Assembly (NCBI GenBank): GCA_964016885.1 | Contig: OZ024751.1 | Location: 14,384,001-14,448,000, forward strand | Length of the DNA stretch: 64,000 nt | Reading direction: 5' to 3' | Source: Eledone cirrhosa | Lineage: Eukaryota | Part shown: positions 63,881-64,000 of the stretch, one piece after another | Numbering within the stretch: the stretch's first letter is position 1 | How the letters are laid out: each line of letters starts with the position of its first letter | Position numbers and translations under genes: made by a program | The notes under the pieces: model-generated | Seen by the model: the letters and a program-made list of their open reading frames with translations, nothing else | Database searches by the model: none | What the model was told of the DNA's origin: nothing

Positions 63881-64000
63881 ACAACTAGCGACAGTCAATC
63901 ACTAGCGGCAGATCGATACGCTTAATTGATTATTATGTCTAAATTATTGGTGGAACGTTGGGATATGTTACTGGATTAGTGATGGTCAACAAATGTTTAT

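Overview
Eukaryotic, AT-rich, extremely repeat-dense animal DNA. The SINE types, RTE/CR1 LINE remnants and (TA)n/(CA)n/(GA)n load resemble an octopus/coleoid cephalopod genome; this is an inference from recalled repeat types, not a database match. No intact protein-coding gene is recognisable, and nearly all ORFs in the track are microsatellite or minisatellite artefacts. Recognisable content: two abundant tRNA-derived SINE families, decayed RTE, CR1 and possibly L1/Tx1 LINE fragments, several DNA-transposon MITEs and large tandem arrays (48 bp x ~150, 43 bp x ~70, 69 bp x ~45). A possible promoter and gene 5' end lies at 62.6-64 kb. The main hidden signal is about 12 type-I hammerhead-ribozyme-like motifs (stem I-CTGANGA-stem II-GAA-short, usually palindromic stem III-H-stem I') from at least 6 unrelated short element families. 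Some of these elements, and related ones with partial or no core, are arranged as fold-back palindromes, share a downstream TTGAGT(A/G)C motif and sit in (TA)n. This is consistent with non-autonomous Penelope-like/retrozyme-type mobile ribozyme elements. All coordinates were read by eye and are approximate to a few bases.
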